A stretch of DNA of 64,000 bases from the NCBI GenBank assembly GCA_035546035.1, contig DASZXC010000008.1, positions 252,265 to 316,264 on the forward strand, read 5' to 3'. The stretch comes from Minisyncoccota bacterium. Its GTDB lineage: Bacteria; Patescibacteriota; Minisyncoccia; Phycocordibacterales; UBA6065. Numbering within the stretch: the first letter of the stretch is position 1; the number at the start of each line of letters is the position of its first letter. Shown here in pieces: positions 7,848-17,405 of the stretch. Both the position numbers and the translations under genes were made by a program. A model generated the notes under the pieces. That model saw only the letters and a list, made by a program, of their open reading frames with translations, was not told the origin of the DNA and did no database searches.

Positions 7848-9539
7848 ATGAAAAAAATAAAAACCTGGATCATAGCCCATAAGATAATGGCCGGAGTGGC
7901 GGCTGTCGCCGTCGTAGCCGTCAGCTATGGCGTATACCGCCATGCATCGCCCGCGTCCGCGGCGACGAAATACGTCCTCGCGAACGTGGAGAAGGGCACG
8001 CTCATCTCGTCTGTTTCTGGATCGGGCCAGGTCGCTGCCCAGAACCAGGTGACGGTGACGAGCAATGCGTCAGGCGATATCACGTCGGTCCTGGTTCAGG
8101 ACGGCGATCAGGTCGTCGCAGGCCAGACGCTTGCGACCATAGAAGCGGCGGACGCGTCTCGCGCCGTGGACAATGCCGAATTGGCTCTCGAAAATGCCCG
8201 CGTCGCATATGACAAGGCTGTAAAGGAGTCCGAGAACCAGTCCGCATCGTCGACCGTCTCTGACGTCGCCAAAGCATATCAGGCGGGATACAACGCTATC
8301 GTCGCGACATCCATCGATCTTCCGGCTATATTCTCCGGTTTGAATGATCTCTATTACACGCCGTCGCATTCTCCGTATTTCTCCGACATAAAGCTCGCGA
8401 ACGAAGTAGACGCGGCGGCGGTCACATATAAAGAGCAGGCGGGTTCCGCATTTGACGAGGCGCGCAATGAATACCAGGCGAACTTTCTCCGCTACAAGAA
8501 CATCTCCGAGACGTCCTCCGAAGAAGAGATCGTCGCGCTCCTCGACGAGACGGACGTCATCCTGAAAAAGCTCCTCGGCTCGCTTTCCGGCACGTATAGC
8601 ACGCTCGATTATGTCGAAGGCAAGCTCTCGGCCGTACCTTCGGTGCTCACGAGCGACAAGTCCGCGGTATCGTCATATGTCAATAAGGTCAATAGCGACT
8701 CTTCGAGCATCACCAACGCGCTCTCGGCCATAGACAACGCAAAGACCGCAGGGACGTCAGCGAGCCTCTCCATGAAATCGGCCGAGCTTTCGGTCCGCCA
8801 GGCCGAATCGTCTCTTTCCGACGCACAGATAGCGCTGGCCGACCATCGCGTCAAGGCGCCGTTCTCCGGGCTCGTGGCAAAAGTGATCGCCAAGAACGGC
8901 GACAAGGCAAATAACGGCTCCCAAATCGCGACTCTCGTCACCAAGGAACAGATGGTGAACATATCGCTCAATGAGATCGACGCGGCCAAGATCGCGAAAG
9001 GGGACAAAGCGACGCTCACGTTCGATGCCATCGAAGACCTGACGCTCGCTGGGCACGTCTCGAACGTGGACCTCGTCGGCAGCGTGTCGCAGGGCGTCGT
9101 GTCGTACAGCGTCCAGATCGCATTCGATTCCGTCGACGACCGCGTGAAGCCGGGCATGACCGTGAATGCGAGCATCGTTACCGACGCGAAGCAGGACGTG
9201 CTCTTGGTCCCGTCAGGAGCGGTCAAGACCGTAGGCGGAGTCTCATACGTCCAGATACTTCCGACGACATATGACGCGGCCGAGGGGGCGCAGGGAATCA
9301 TTCCTGACGAGGCTCCGACGAATATCCCCGTAACCATCGGCAGTTCGAATGATTCGGAGGTCGAGATCGCGTCAGGCCTCGCCGAAGGCGAACAGATCGT
9401 CGCACGCACCGTCACGTCGTCCGGCGCGACCCGATCGACGACCCCGACCATATTGAACAGCATCGGCGGATCGCGCGCGGGCGGCAATGCCGGCGCGGCC
9501 GCGGGAGGGACGTTTCGAGCGGTCCAATTCAGCCGATAG
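7848..9539 (+). CDS. Efflux membrane fusion protein (MacA/HlyD family)
   Basis: Lipoyl halves (VQDGDQVVAGQTLA; VKAPFSGLV), long coiled coil, VKPGMT. Confidence 0.92.
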   Translation: MKKIKTWIIAHKIMAGVAAVAVVAVSYGVYRHASPASAATKYVLANVEKGTLISSVSGSGQVAAQNQVTVTSNASGDITSVLVQDGDQVVAGQTLATIEAADASRAVDNAELALENARVAYDKAVKESENQSASSTVSDVAKAYQAGYNAIVATSIDLPAIFSGLNDLYYTPSHSPYFSDIKLANEVDAAAVTYKEQAGSAFDEARNEYQANFLRYKNISETSSEEEIVALLDETDVILKKLLGSLSGTYSTLDYVEGKLSAVPSVLTSDKSAVSSYVNKVNSDSSSITNALSAIDNAKTAGTSASLSMKSAELSVRQAESSLSDAQIALADHRVKAPFSGLVAKVIAKNGDKANNGSQIATLVTKEQMVNISLNEIDAAKIAKGDKATLTFDAIEDLTLAGHVSNVDLVGSVSQGVVSYSVQIAFDSVDDRVKPGMTVNASIVTDAKQDVLLVPSGAVKTVGGVSYVQILPTTYDAAEGAQGIIPDEAPTNIPVTIGSSNDSEVEIASGLAEGEQIVARTVTSSGATRSTTPTILNSIGGSRAGGNAGAAAGGTFRAVQFSR

Positions 9540-9562
9540 GGCTTCATCCGGCATCTAACACC

Positions 9563-10270
9563 ATGATCGAGATAAAGAACGTCACCAAAACGTATTCTGA
9601 AGGCACCGACGTCGCGTTTCAGGCCCTGAAAGGTGTGAATTTTACGATCAAGGACGGCGAATTCGTGGCCATCATGGGCCCGTCCGGTTCCGGCAAGTCC
9701 ACGCTCATGCATATCATGGGCGCCTTGGATACTCCGTCTTCAGGGCATTATCTCCTCGATGGAAAGGACGTATCGACGCTTTCCGATGACGAGCTCGCTG
9801 ATATCCGAAAGGGCAAGATCGGCTTCGTATTCCAGGCTTTCAATCTGTTGCCGCGTACGACGGTCCTGCGAAACGTAATGCTGCCCTTGGTCTATGCGGG
9901 GGAAGAGCCGGGCGCGCGCGAAGCGCGCGCCAAGACAGCTCTCATATCTGCAGGGCTCAATGAAAGCCATTTCAGCCACCGATCGAACGAATTGTCGGGG
10001 GGCCAGATCCAGCGCGTGGCCATCGCCCGCGCGCTCGTGAACGATCCGACGCTCATATTGGCCGACGAGCCGACGGGAAACCTCGATTCCCGCACGGGCG
10101 AAGTCGTTTTGGGCACGTTCCAGAAATTGAACGAAGAAGAGGGCCGCACCATCGTCCTCATCACTCACGAGCATGACGTGGCCGAACATGCCAAAAGGAT
10201 CATTTTCATCAGGGACGGCAAGATAGAGAGCGATACGTCGGACCATAAGCGTCGTAAGGCAAATATATGA
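9563..10270 (+). CDS. ABC transporter ATPase (MacB/LolD type)
   Basis: GPSGSGKST, LSGGQIQR, DEPTGNLD. Confidence 0.95.
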   Translation: MIEIKNVTKTYSEGTDVAFQALKGVNFTIKDGEFVAIMGPSGSGKSTLMHIMGALDTPSSGHYLLDGKDVSTLSDDELADIRKGKIGFVFQAFNLLPRTTVLRNVMLPLVYAGEEPGAREARAKTALISAGLNESHFSHRSNELSGGQIQRVAIARALVNDPTLILADEPTGNLDSRTGEVVLGTFQKLNEEEGRTIVLITHEHDVAEHAKRIIFIRDGKIESDTSDHKRRKANI

Positions 10271-11490
10271 GAGCCATAGACCTCATCGAAGAGACGCATA
10301 CGGCCCTTTCGGCGAACAAAGTCCGCACGGGCCTTACCATGCTCGGAATCATCATCGGCATCGCGTCCGTCATCGCCATGACGGCTATCGGCGCCGGCGC
10401 CCAGAATTCCATCGAATCGAGCATCCAGTCAATCGGCTCGAACCTCGTCATGGTCATGCCTGGATTCCAGAGGACGCAGGGCTACGCTGTCTCCGTCGGC
10501 CGCGGGGCGTCGAGGACGCTCACGCGCGCAGACGCCGACGCGCTCGCGACGGAACTAACGCTCGCCAAAGCCGTCGCTCCGGAAATAACCGGCCGCTATC
10601 AGGTCACAGCAAAAGGGACGAACACTAACACGTCCGTTGTCGGCGTCACGGCTTCCTATCCGGGCGTGAGGAACGTCCAGGTGGAAACAGGCGATTTCAT
10701 CAGCGACGAACAGGACAAATCTATAGCAAAAGTCGCCGTCCTCGGCCCGACGGCGCGCGACGACCTGTTCGGAGAAGGGTCGGACCCGGTAGGGCAGATC
10801 ATCCGCATCAAGGGCATTCAATTCACCGTCATCGGCATCACCAAATCAAAGGGCGGCAGCGGCTTCGGCAGCCAGGACGACATGATCTTCATCCCTTTCA
10901 TGAGCGCGGCGCGATATCTGGCAGGTGATACCTATGCGACGACGATCAGCGTCCAGGCCGTAGACGCCAAATCGATGAGCGACCTGCAGACCGAGGTGAC
11001 CGGTGCACTCCTCGTCCGGCATAAAATATCCGACCCGGCCGCGGCCGATTTCACGGTCTTGAACCAGGCGGACATCGTGGCTACCGCATCATCGGTGACG
11101 AGCACTTTCACTATGCTCCTTGCCGCCGTAGCGGGCATATCGTTGGTCGTGGGAGGCATCGGCATCATGAACATGATGCTCACCACGGTGACCGAGCGTA
11201 CCCGCGAGATCGGCCTTCGCAAGGCTATCGGCGCGAAGAAGAAAGATATCAACTATCAATTCCTCGCCGAAGCGATCGTCCTCACGTTCCTCGGAGGGGC
11301 GATCGGGGTCGCGCTGGGGTGGGCGATAGCGTTCGCTTTGACGTCGTTCGGCGTCCTGCAGGCGTCGGTATCGCTTTCCTCGGTGCTCCTCGCATTCGGA
11401 GTGTCTGCGGCGATAGGGATCGTCTTCGGATACTATCCGGCGCGTCGGGCGGCAGATCTGAATCCGATAGAAGCGCTCCGATATGAATAA
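10267..11490 (+). CDS. MacB-type ABC permease
   Basis: LTMLGIIIG, GGIGIMNMM..VTERTREIGLRKAIGA, PIEALRYE. Confidence 0.95.
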   Translation: MRAIDLIEETHTALSANKVRTGLTMLGIIIGIASVIAMTAIGAGAQNSIESSIQSIGSNLVMVMPGFQRTQGYAVSVGRGASRTLTRADADALATELTLAKAVAPEITGRYQVTAKGTNTNTSVVGVTASYPGVRNVQVETGDFISDEQDKSIAKVAVLGPTARDDLFGEGSDPVGQIIRIKGIQFTVIGITKSKGGSGFGSQDDMIFIPFMSAARYLAGDTYATTISVQAVDAKSMSDLQTEVTGALLVRHKISDPAAADFTVLNQADIVATASSVTSTFTMLLAAVAGISLVVGGIGIMNMMLTTVTERTREIGLRKAIGAKKKDINYQFLAEAIVLTFLGGAIGVALGWAIAFALTSFGVLQASVSLSSVLLAFGVSAAIGIVFGYYPARRAADLNPIEALRYE

Positions 11491-11539
11491 TCTCGGCGCT
11501 TTCGTGACGGTATTAAAAGGCATTAAGAACACTACATAC

Positions 11540-12019
11540 GTGAAAAACTCGCATAAAATGATTATCGGCGCGGTCGTTATAGCAGGAGCGTTCTTCTATG
11601 GAGGATACGCATATGCGGCGCATGCGGCTCCTAAAGGAATGAACATGCGCTTCTCCATGGGAGCGAACGGCTCGATGGCGCGTTCGGGAGGCGCGGCTTC
11701 GTTTAATACCGCCGGCGGAGCGGGTACGGCCTTCCGCGCGGGCGGAATGGGTGCCGGCGGAGGATTCGTCACCGGCACGGTCCTTTCCAAAGACGACCAG
11801 TCGGTTACGGTAAAGCTTCAGGACGGCGGATCGAAGATCGTATTCGTCGGCGGTTCGACTCAGGTCATGAAAAGCGTGGCGGGGTCGATCGCAGATATTT
11901 CCGTCGGCGCGAACGTAATGATAACGGGTTCCCAGAACCAAGACGGCAGCGTCACTGCCCGATCGGTTGATATCCGGCCGATGCGCATGGCGTCGACGTC
12001 CATGCCTGTGAAGCAGTAG
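11540..12019 (+). CDS. DUF5666-like exported protein
   Basis: Signal anchor, Gly-rich linker, GTVLSKDDQSVTVKLQDGGSKIV. GTG start inferred. Confidence 0.75.
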   Translation: MKNSHKMIIGAVVIAGAFFYGGYAYAAHAAPKGMNMRFSMGANGSMARSGGAASFNTAGGAGTAFRAGGMGAGGGFVTGTVLSKDDQSVTVKLQDGGSKIVFVGGSTQVMKSVAGSIADISVGANVMITGSQNQDGSVTARSVDIRPMRMASTSMPVKQ

Positions 12020-12201
12020 ACAGTAGTACGATACAGGCCTGAGGATTTGTACAGGACACTTTTCGGCATCTCCTACGTATTACATGCAGAAGGCGTTCTT
12101 TCAACAAATAATCTCAAAAGATCAAAAATAGTGCTGCAAGGGAATCACGCTCGCGGAAAGACCTATTCTTTCCAATGCCGATACTTTACACGGCATGAGC
12201 G

Positions 12202-12235
12202 ATGATAAAAGCCTCCTCTCGGAGGCTTTTATCAT
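12202..12235. terminator. Intrinsic terminator
   Basis: 15-bp inverted repeat ATGATAAAAGCCTCC/GGAGGCTTTTATCAT. Confidence 0.75.
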
Positions 12236-12300
12236 TCGCGTAACCTTTACGCAAAGGCCTTCGTATTAAAAACGAGCTTATAAGCGATAATCCATAACGT

Positions 12301-12453
12301 ATGCTCGTAACCATAGCAACGCTCCTCGTCATCCTCTGGCTTCTCGGTCTCATAACGTCATATACCGTCGGAGGATTCATTCACGTCCTTCTCGTCGTCG
12401 CCGTCATAATGTTCCTCATCAGGATCATACAAGGCAGGAATCCGGTGTCGTAA
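12301..12453 (+). CDS. lmo0937/DUF5670 family small membrane protein (50 aa; missing from the ORF track)
   Basis: Translated by hand: MLVTIATLLVILWLLGLITSYTVGGFIHVLLVVAVIMFLIRIIQGRNPVS. Confidence 0.9.
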   Translation: MLVTIATLLVILWLLGLITSYTVGGFIHVLLVVAVIMFLIRIIQGRNPVS

Positions 12454-12476
12454 GCGTCGCTCCGCGAAGCGCAGGG

Positions 12477-13337
12477 CTACGGCTTCCTGATCGCTTTCAT
12501 GAAGGCGTCGAGCGCCATCGCCGCGCCGGAGGAATTGCGATGGCCGCCTCCGCCGAGGATGGCCGCGATATCGAGAGCCGACGGCGTATGCGAATCAAGG
12601 CTTCTAAAGCTGATCTTCACCCGGTGCGCCTCGATGGTGAACAAGCCCACGGCGCGGTCGCGTTCTTTCGACAAGATATTGCCGCTCTCCGATTTGTAGG
12701 CCGTAATGTTATAGAAAGGCACCGTATGCTGGCCTATCAGAAGGTCCACCGGCTCGGTGCCTTTTATCGCGTGGGCGATCATAAAATCCCCGTATTCGCT
12801 GATGATACGGCCTTTTTCTATGGCAGCGTCGAGCGAGCCGTTCAAAAGCGCGGCTACTTCTTCGGGTCTATTCGAAAGGGGATAGAGATAGCTCGCTACA
12901 TATTTCGTCTTGTCGCCGTATTTCCAGTTCCAGAGGTCGAAGTCTTCGACGTACGTGATGAGTTCCGGGACTTTCTCGCCGGGGAAGAGATATGACCAGG
13001 ACAACGATGATCCGCATTTCGAATTATCGAATACATAGGTGAAGTTCTCATTCTGCGCGGCGAGGGCCATATATTCGTCGCGAACACTCGCATGGTGATC
13101 GATCGACGTGACCTTGCGACCGGCGGCTAAAAATTCTTTTGCGCCGATGACGCAGTCCACGGTCAGGACGCGGTCGCGTGGCGTCGTCTGGGCGATGAGC
13201 TCAGCGATCTCTTCAGCCGTCGCGCCATGGCTCATGGCGAACAAAAGCGCGCCGGGATATTTTTTCGAAACGACCGCCGCCGATGTCGTGCCGTCGCTGC
13301 AGTCTTTGTGATATATCGCTATAGTTTTCTCTGTCAT
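12477..13337 (-). CDS. DHH/DHHA1 phosphoesterase (nanoRNase-like)
   Basis: YHKDCSDG, IDHH, VEDFDLW, SFRS, GGGGH. Confidence 0.88.
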   Translation of the reverse strand: MTEKTIAIYHKDCSDGTTSAAVVSKKYPGALLFAMSHGATAEEIAELIAQTTPRDRVLTVDCVIGAKEFLAAGRKVTSIDHHASVRDEYMALAAQNENFTYVFDNSKCGSSLSWSYLFPGEKVPELITYVEDFDLWNWKYGDKTKYVASYLYPLSNRPEEVAALLNGSLDAAIEKGRIISEYGDFMIAHAIKGTEPVDLLIGQHTVPFYNITAYKSESGNILSKERDRAVGLFTIEAHRVKISFRSLDSHTPSALDIAAILGGGGHRNSSGAAMALDAFMKAIRKP

Positions 13338-13339
13338 TT

Positions 13340-13969
13340 TTATTCGGTTTTTGCTCGTTTAGCCTGTCTTTCTTGGATAAGGGCATTTCTCATGGCCAGG
13401 CCGAACATAAGCCCGTTCATGACGACCATGAGTACCGGAAGCGTGGCGATATAGAGGTCCCATATCGGCACCGCCGCCAGGTTCAGGACCGAGCCGACGA
13501 AGAACAGCGTCCAGCCTTCGAGATCAAGCTCTTCGCGGGTCATGGGATTGCTGTAGACCCTCCACATGACGGGGATATAGCCGATAAAGCCGATGATAAG
13601 GGTGAGAGTAAGCGCCACGAACGGCGTGTCGAAATGGAACCATCGGATCGAAGATATGGCGACGACGACGAGTATGAGCCTTTCGAGCGTCCCCCAGCCC
13701 TGGCGGCCGTATTTGAAAGAAAGGGCGGTGATGACGCTTGAACCCAGGAAATACGCCGCCGGAACCCATATGGTTGCGCGGGCGCCGAGAGCATAGTAGC
13801 TCATGAGTATAAGGAGGCTCGAAAGCGTCCAGACGAGCCACGAGGCGCGCTCAGGCGGCGCTTCGCCCTTTATTATCTTTATGACGTATGGTGCATAGCC
13901 TGCCAGAGAGCAGGCGCCGCCGATAACGCCGAGATACGGGAGTATGGTCATAAGTATTAGTATACGCAT
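13340..13969 (-). CDS. Multi-pass membrane protein
   Basis: About 7 hydrophobic helices with internal PY..I..P..SW duplication. Confidence 0.75.
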   Translation of the reverse strand: MRILILMTILPYLGVIGGACSLAGYAPYVIKIIKGEAPPERASWLVWTLSSLLILMSYYALGARATIWVPAAYFLGSSVITALSFKYGRQGWGTLERLILVVVAISSIRWFHFDTPFVALTLTLIIGFIGYIPVMWRVYSNPMTREELDLEGWTLFFVGSVLNLAAVPIWDLYIATLPVLMVVMNGLMFGLAMRNALIQERQAKRAKTE

Positions 13970-13981
13970 ATTGGCGGGCTT

Positions 13982-14008
13982 TGCACCGATATGCGATGAT
14001 AGAGCGTA
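13982..14008 (+). promoter_or_regulatory. Putative ECF promoter TGCACC-N17-CGTA
   Basis: Upstream of the FMN-binding/ApbE genes; matches 6873-6899. Confidence 0.55.
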
Positions 14009-14018
14009 TTACAGGCAT

Positions 14019-14501
14019 ATGAAAACATACGGCACCAAGTTCGTTATCAGCCTCGTAGCTTTTGTAGCACTTATAGGCGCTATCTTCGCCTATGTATCGC
14101 GATCAGGAGGCAAAGCGGGTGCCTTGACCGATACCGAGGCTTCGTCTACGCCCGTCGTCGCTGAAAACCCTTCTGACGCAGCGCAAGATATACCCCGAAC
14201 CGGCAGATACAAGGACGGCACATATAGCGCCCGCGGCACCTATCAGTCGCCAGGCGGCCTCGAATCGGTTGATGTGACGCTCGTGCTCAAGAACGACGTC
14301 ATCACCGACGCTTCGGTCGTATCGAATGCGACTATTCCGCAGTCGATCATGTTCCAGGGCAAATTCATCTCTGGCTTCAAGGCTCTCGTTGTTGGCAAGA
14401 ACATAGATACGGTAAAGCTCGACAAGGTATCGGGGTCGTCTCTCACTCCGAAGGGTTTCAACAGCGCGGTCACCGAGATCAAGGCTGAAGCGGCGGCGTA
14501 A
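14019..14501 (+). CDS. Membrane-anchored FMN-binding domain protein
   Basis: YKDGTY, SPGG and flavinylation-like DKVSGSSLT motif; adjacent to ApbE. Confidence 0.85.
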   Translation: MKTYGTKFVISLVAFVALIGAIFAYVSRSGGKAGALTDTEASSTPVVAENPSDAAQDIPRTGRYKDGTYSARGTYQSPGGLESVDVTLVLKNDVITDASVVSNATIPQSIMFQGKFISGFKALVVGKNIDTVKLDKVSGSSLTPKGFNSAVTEIKAEAAA

Positions 14502-14513
14502 ATCGTGCGGCTC

Positions 14514-15386
14514 ATGGCATCGAGATTTACATTCGAAGCCATAGGTACCTCGTGGGCCATATATATTCCGGAAGATCTCTCTCCAGAAAGGGAAAAGGCG
14601 CTCCTCGACGCTATACGTACGCGCATCTCTGATTTTGATAAGGCGTATTCGCGGTTCAGAGACGATTCATTGGTCGCTGAGATGTCACGCAAAGCGGGCG
14701 AGTATCGTCTGCCTGACGATGCTTTGCCCATGCTTTCGCTCTATAGAGAACTCTATGACATTTCAGGCGGGCTTGTGACGCCTCTGGTCGGCCAGACGCT
14801 TTCGGATGCGGGATATGACGCGGCGTATACTCTGCGTCCGAGAGCGGATATCGCCCGTGCTAAGCCGTGGGAGGATGTCATCGAATATGAACACCCGATG
14901 ATCAGGATCAAGGAGCCCGTGCTTTTGGATTTCGGCGCTTTAGGCAAAGGATATCTCGTCGATATTGTCGCCGAAGTCATCCGCGGTTTCGGTATCCAGA
15001 ATTATTCTGTTGACGCGGGCGGCGATATCGCGTATCGGGGCGCTGCGCCGCTTCGCGTCGGATTGGAAAATCCGACGGACACGAAACAGGTCATCGGTGT
15101 CGGAGAGCTAAAGGGAGGGAAATGCATATGCGGATCGGCAGGTAATAGGCGCGCATGGGACAGGTTCCATCACATCATCAATCCGCAGACGGCCGAATCG
15201 CCGAAACACATTCTCGCCCTCTGGATCGTTGCCGATACGACGCTTCTTGCCGATGCGCTTTCGACGGCACTCTTCTTTGTGGGGCCGGAGAAGCTGGCGA
15301 AATACGATTTCGAGTACGCTGTCGTATTCGCTGACCGTTCAGCTGTTAGATCACATAATTTTCCGGGAGATTTCTTCGAAGCCTAG
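14514..15386 (+). CDS. apbE: FAD:protein FMN transferase
   Basis: SRFRDDS, LDFGALGKGYLVD, DAGGD, HHIINP, ADALSTA. Confidence 0.93.
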   Translation: MASRFTFEAIGTSWAIYIPEDLSPEREKALLDAIRTRISDFDKAYSRFRDDSLVAEMSRKAGEYRLPDDALPMLSLYRELYDISGGLVTPLVGQTLSDAGYDAAYTLRPRADIARAKPWEDVIEYEHPMIRIKEPVLLDFGALGKGYLVDIVAEVIRGFGIQNYSVDAGGDIAYRGAAPLRVGLENPTDTKQVIGVGELKGGKCICGSAGNRRAWDRFHHIINPQTAESPKHILALWIVADTTLLADALSTALFFVGPEKLAKYDFEYAVVFADRSAVRSHNFPGDFFEA

Positions 15387-15420
15387 AAAGGCCCGGCGCG
15401 GTATACTTAAGTAAAAATAT

Positions 15421-15834
15421 ATGAACAAACTCTACGCATTGGCTCCGACGATATTGCGCATAGGCATGGCGTTGGTATTTCTCTGGTTCGGATCGAGCCA
15501 GTTCATCGATACCGTCGCGTGGACGGCATACGTGCCCGAATGGGTCGTCTCGATGTCGCCTGTGAGCGTCGAGACCCTGGTCCATATCAACGGCGCGATC
15601 GAGATCGTATTCGGAACGGCGCTTCTTTTGGGGTTCTTTACTCGCATCGCCGGATTCATTTTGGCGCTTCATATGGTCCATATCGCTACGCTCGTCGGAT
15701 ACAATGCGACCGGCGTGCGCGATTTCGGCTTGGCTATCGCGGCTATCGCGGTCTGGCTCAACGGCAAAGATGCCTGGACGCTCGATGCGTATCTTGCCAA
15801 AGACCGGTCTGCCCAGATGCAGAGTGGAGTATAA
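15421..15834 (+). CDS. DoxX family membrane protein
   Basis: LRIGMALVFLWFG..EIVFG..LLGFFTR..VRDFGL. Confidence 0.85.
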   Translation: MNKLYALAPTILRIGMALVFLWFGSSQFIDTVAWTAYVPEWVVSMSPVSVETLVHINGAIEIVFGTALLLGFFTRIAGFILALHMVHIATLVGYNATGVRDFGLAIAAIAVWLNGKDAWTLDAYLAKDRSAQMQSGV

Positions 15835-15862
15835 TAGACAGGTTACAAGTTAATCCATTTTT

Positions 15863-16288
15863 ATGGCAGCAGTACCTATTAATTACGCGGCGCTTTTAGT
15901 CGCGGCCGTTATATCGGTGGCGCTCGGCTTCCTCTGGTACGGTCCTCTTTTCGGCAAGAAGTGGATGACTCTCACCGGGATCCCTATGCCTGCGGAAAAG
16001 CCTCCGTTCTCCGTCATGGTGAGGCCGATGGTCATGTCCGTCGTCGGGTCGCTCTTTATGGCATTTGCGCTCATCCATAACATCACGTTCGGGGCGTCGT
16101 ATCTGAACATGTCGGGAGCGTGCGTCGGCTTGTTCGCCGCGTTCTGGAACTGGCTCGGTTTCGTCGTTCCTCCGGCGCTCAATCATGTCGGATGGGAAGG
16201 AAAGCCGTGGACGCTGTTTTGGATCAATACAGGGTACTTTCTCGTCTATATGGCGATCATCGGCGCGATGCTCGCTGTCTGGCAGTAA
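15863..16288 (+). CDS. DUF1761 family membrane protein
   Basis: LGFLWYGPLFGKKW, WLGFVVP, LFWINTGY. Confidence 0.88.
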   Translation: MAAVPINYAALLVAAVISVALGFLWYGPLFGKKWMTLTGIPMPAEKPPFSVMVRPMVMSVVGSLFMAFALIHNITFGASYLNMSGACVGLFAAFWNWLGFVVPPALNHVGWEGKPWTLFWINTGYFLVYMAIIGAMLAVWQ

Positions 16289-16291
16289 AAC

Positions 16292-16359
16292 ACTGGAAAC
16301 AAAGTAATATAAAACACCCCGCCAGGCCCTGGGGTGTTTTATATTACTTTGTTTCCAGT
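16292..16359. repeat. Perfect 29-bp-arm hairpin, loop GCCAGGCCCT (copy 3)
   Basis: Arms 16292-16320 and 16331-16359. The right arm contains the last codons and stop of the gene at 16344-16889. Confidence 0.95.
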
Positions 16360-16889
16360 AGCTTGCCGTCAGAGACGTGAAGGCGCATTGATTTTCCTAC
16401 GGAAGGAGATATGGTCATCGGCTCATCAGGCTTGCGATCAGAATAATTTACGATGACGATGCCGTCGCGGATCTGGGTGGTCTGGGGCGCGATGCGGTCG
16501 CCGAGGAATACCGCATTAGTGCCGCGATAGCCGCTTTCGGATCCCAAAGCGACGGCGGCGTAATAGAACATGCCGCTTCCGCTTGAATCGCTCGTCAGGA
16601 TGAATGCGATATCGGCGCGGCCGTCCCCGTTCAGATCGCCCTTGGCGTCATTGCCGAAATAGCGGACAGTGGTCTTGGTCGCTGAACCGGGAGACGTCTC
16701 GACCGTCGCGAGGCCGTTTGCGAGCTTCACCAAAGCGCCTTCGACGATATAGGAAGCGTTTTGGGCGTCAGAGGACGCTTTTGCGCGGCCTACGAGCTTT
16801 ACGATCCATAAAGAAACGAGCACGACGGCTACGATCGCGAGGACGATCCATGCCGTCTTTATCCAATTTTTGACGAAGCTCTTCCTCAT
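16344..16889 (-). CDS. Membrane-anchored hypothetical protein
   Basis: N-terminal TM, GDLNGDGRAD Ca-loop-like motif, SGSGMFYY, LGDRIAPQ. Confidence 0.8.
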   Translation of the reverse strand: MRKSFVKNWIKTAWIVLAIVAVVLVSLWIVKLVGRAKASSDAQNASYIVEGALVKLANGLATVETSPGSATKTTVRYFGNDAKGDLNGDGRADIAFILTSDSSGSGMFYYAAVALGSESGYRGTNAVFLGDRIAPQTTQIRDGIVIVNYSDRKPDEPMTISPSVGKSMRLHVSDGKLLETK

Positions 16890-16928
16890 CAACCGATTAT
16901 AGCAGAAGAGGGCGAGAAATTTGTCCGC

Positions 16929-17405
16929 CTATGCTTCGTCGTACGTCCTCTGGAGCGCGGCGATGTCCAATTTCGCCATGCCGAGCATCGCTTTCATCAT
17001 GGCGTCGTTCTTTTTCTCGTTGCCCTTGGACATCAATTCTTCCATCATGGCCGGGACGACCTGCCACGAGAGGCCGTATCTGTCTTTGAGCCAGCCGCAC
17101 TGGCTTTCGGCGCCGCCTTTGACCAGGGAGTCCCAATAATAGTCCACGTCAGCCTGATCTTTGCAGTCTATGACGAACGAAATAGCCTCATTCATTTTGA
17201 ATACCGGCCCGCCGTTCAGCCCCATGAATCTCTGGCCATTCAATTCGAATGTGACGGTGACGACCGAGCCTGGCTTGCCGGGACCGATGTCGGTATAGCG
17301 GGCGATGTCGAGGATCTTGGAGTTCTCTTTAAATATGGAGACATAGAAATTGGCCGCTTCTTCAGCCTGGTTATCGAACCACAGACACGGATAGATTTTC
17401 TGCAT
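16929..17405 (-). CDS. VOC family protein (PhnB/3-dmu-9_3-mt)
   Basis: PCLWFDNQAEEA, LNGGP, QCGWLKDRYGLSWQV. Confidence 0.92.
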   Translation of the reverse strand: MQKIYPCLWFDNQAEEAANFYVSIFKENSKILDIARYTDIGPGKPGSVVTVTFELNGQRFMGLNGGPVFKMNEAISFVIDCKDQADVDYYWDSLVKGGAESQCGWLKDRYGLSWQVVPAMMEELMSKGNEKKNDAMMKAMLGMAKLDIAALQRTYDEA

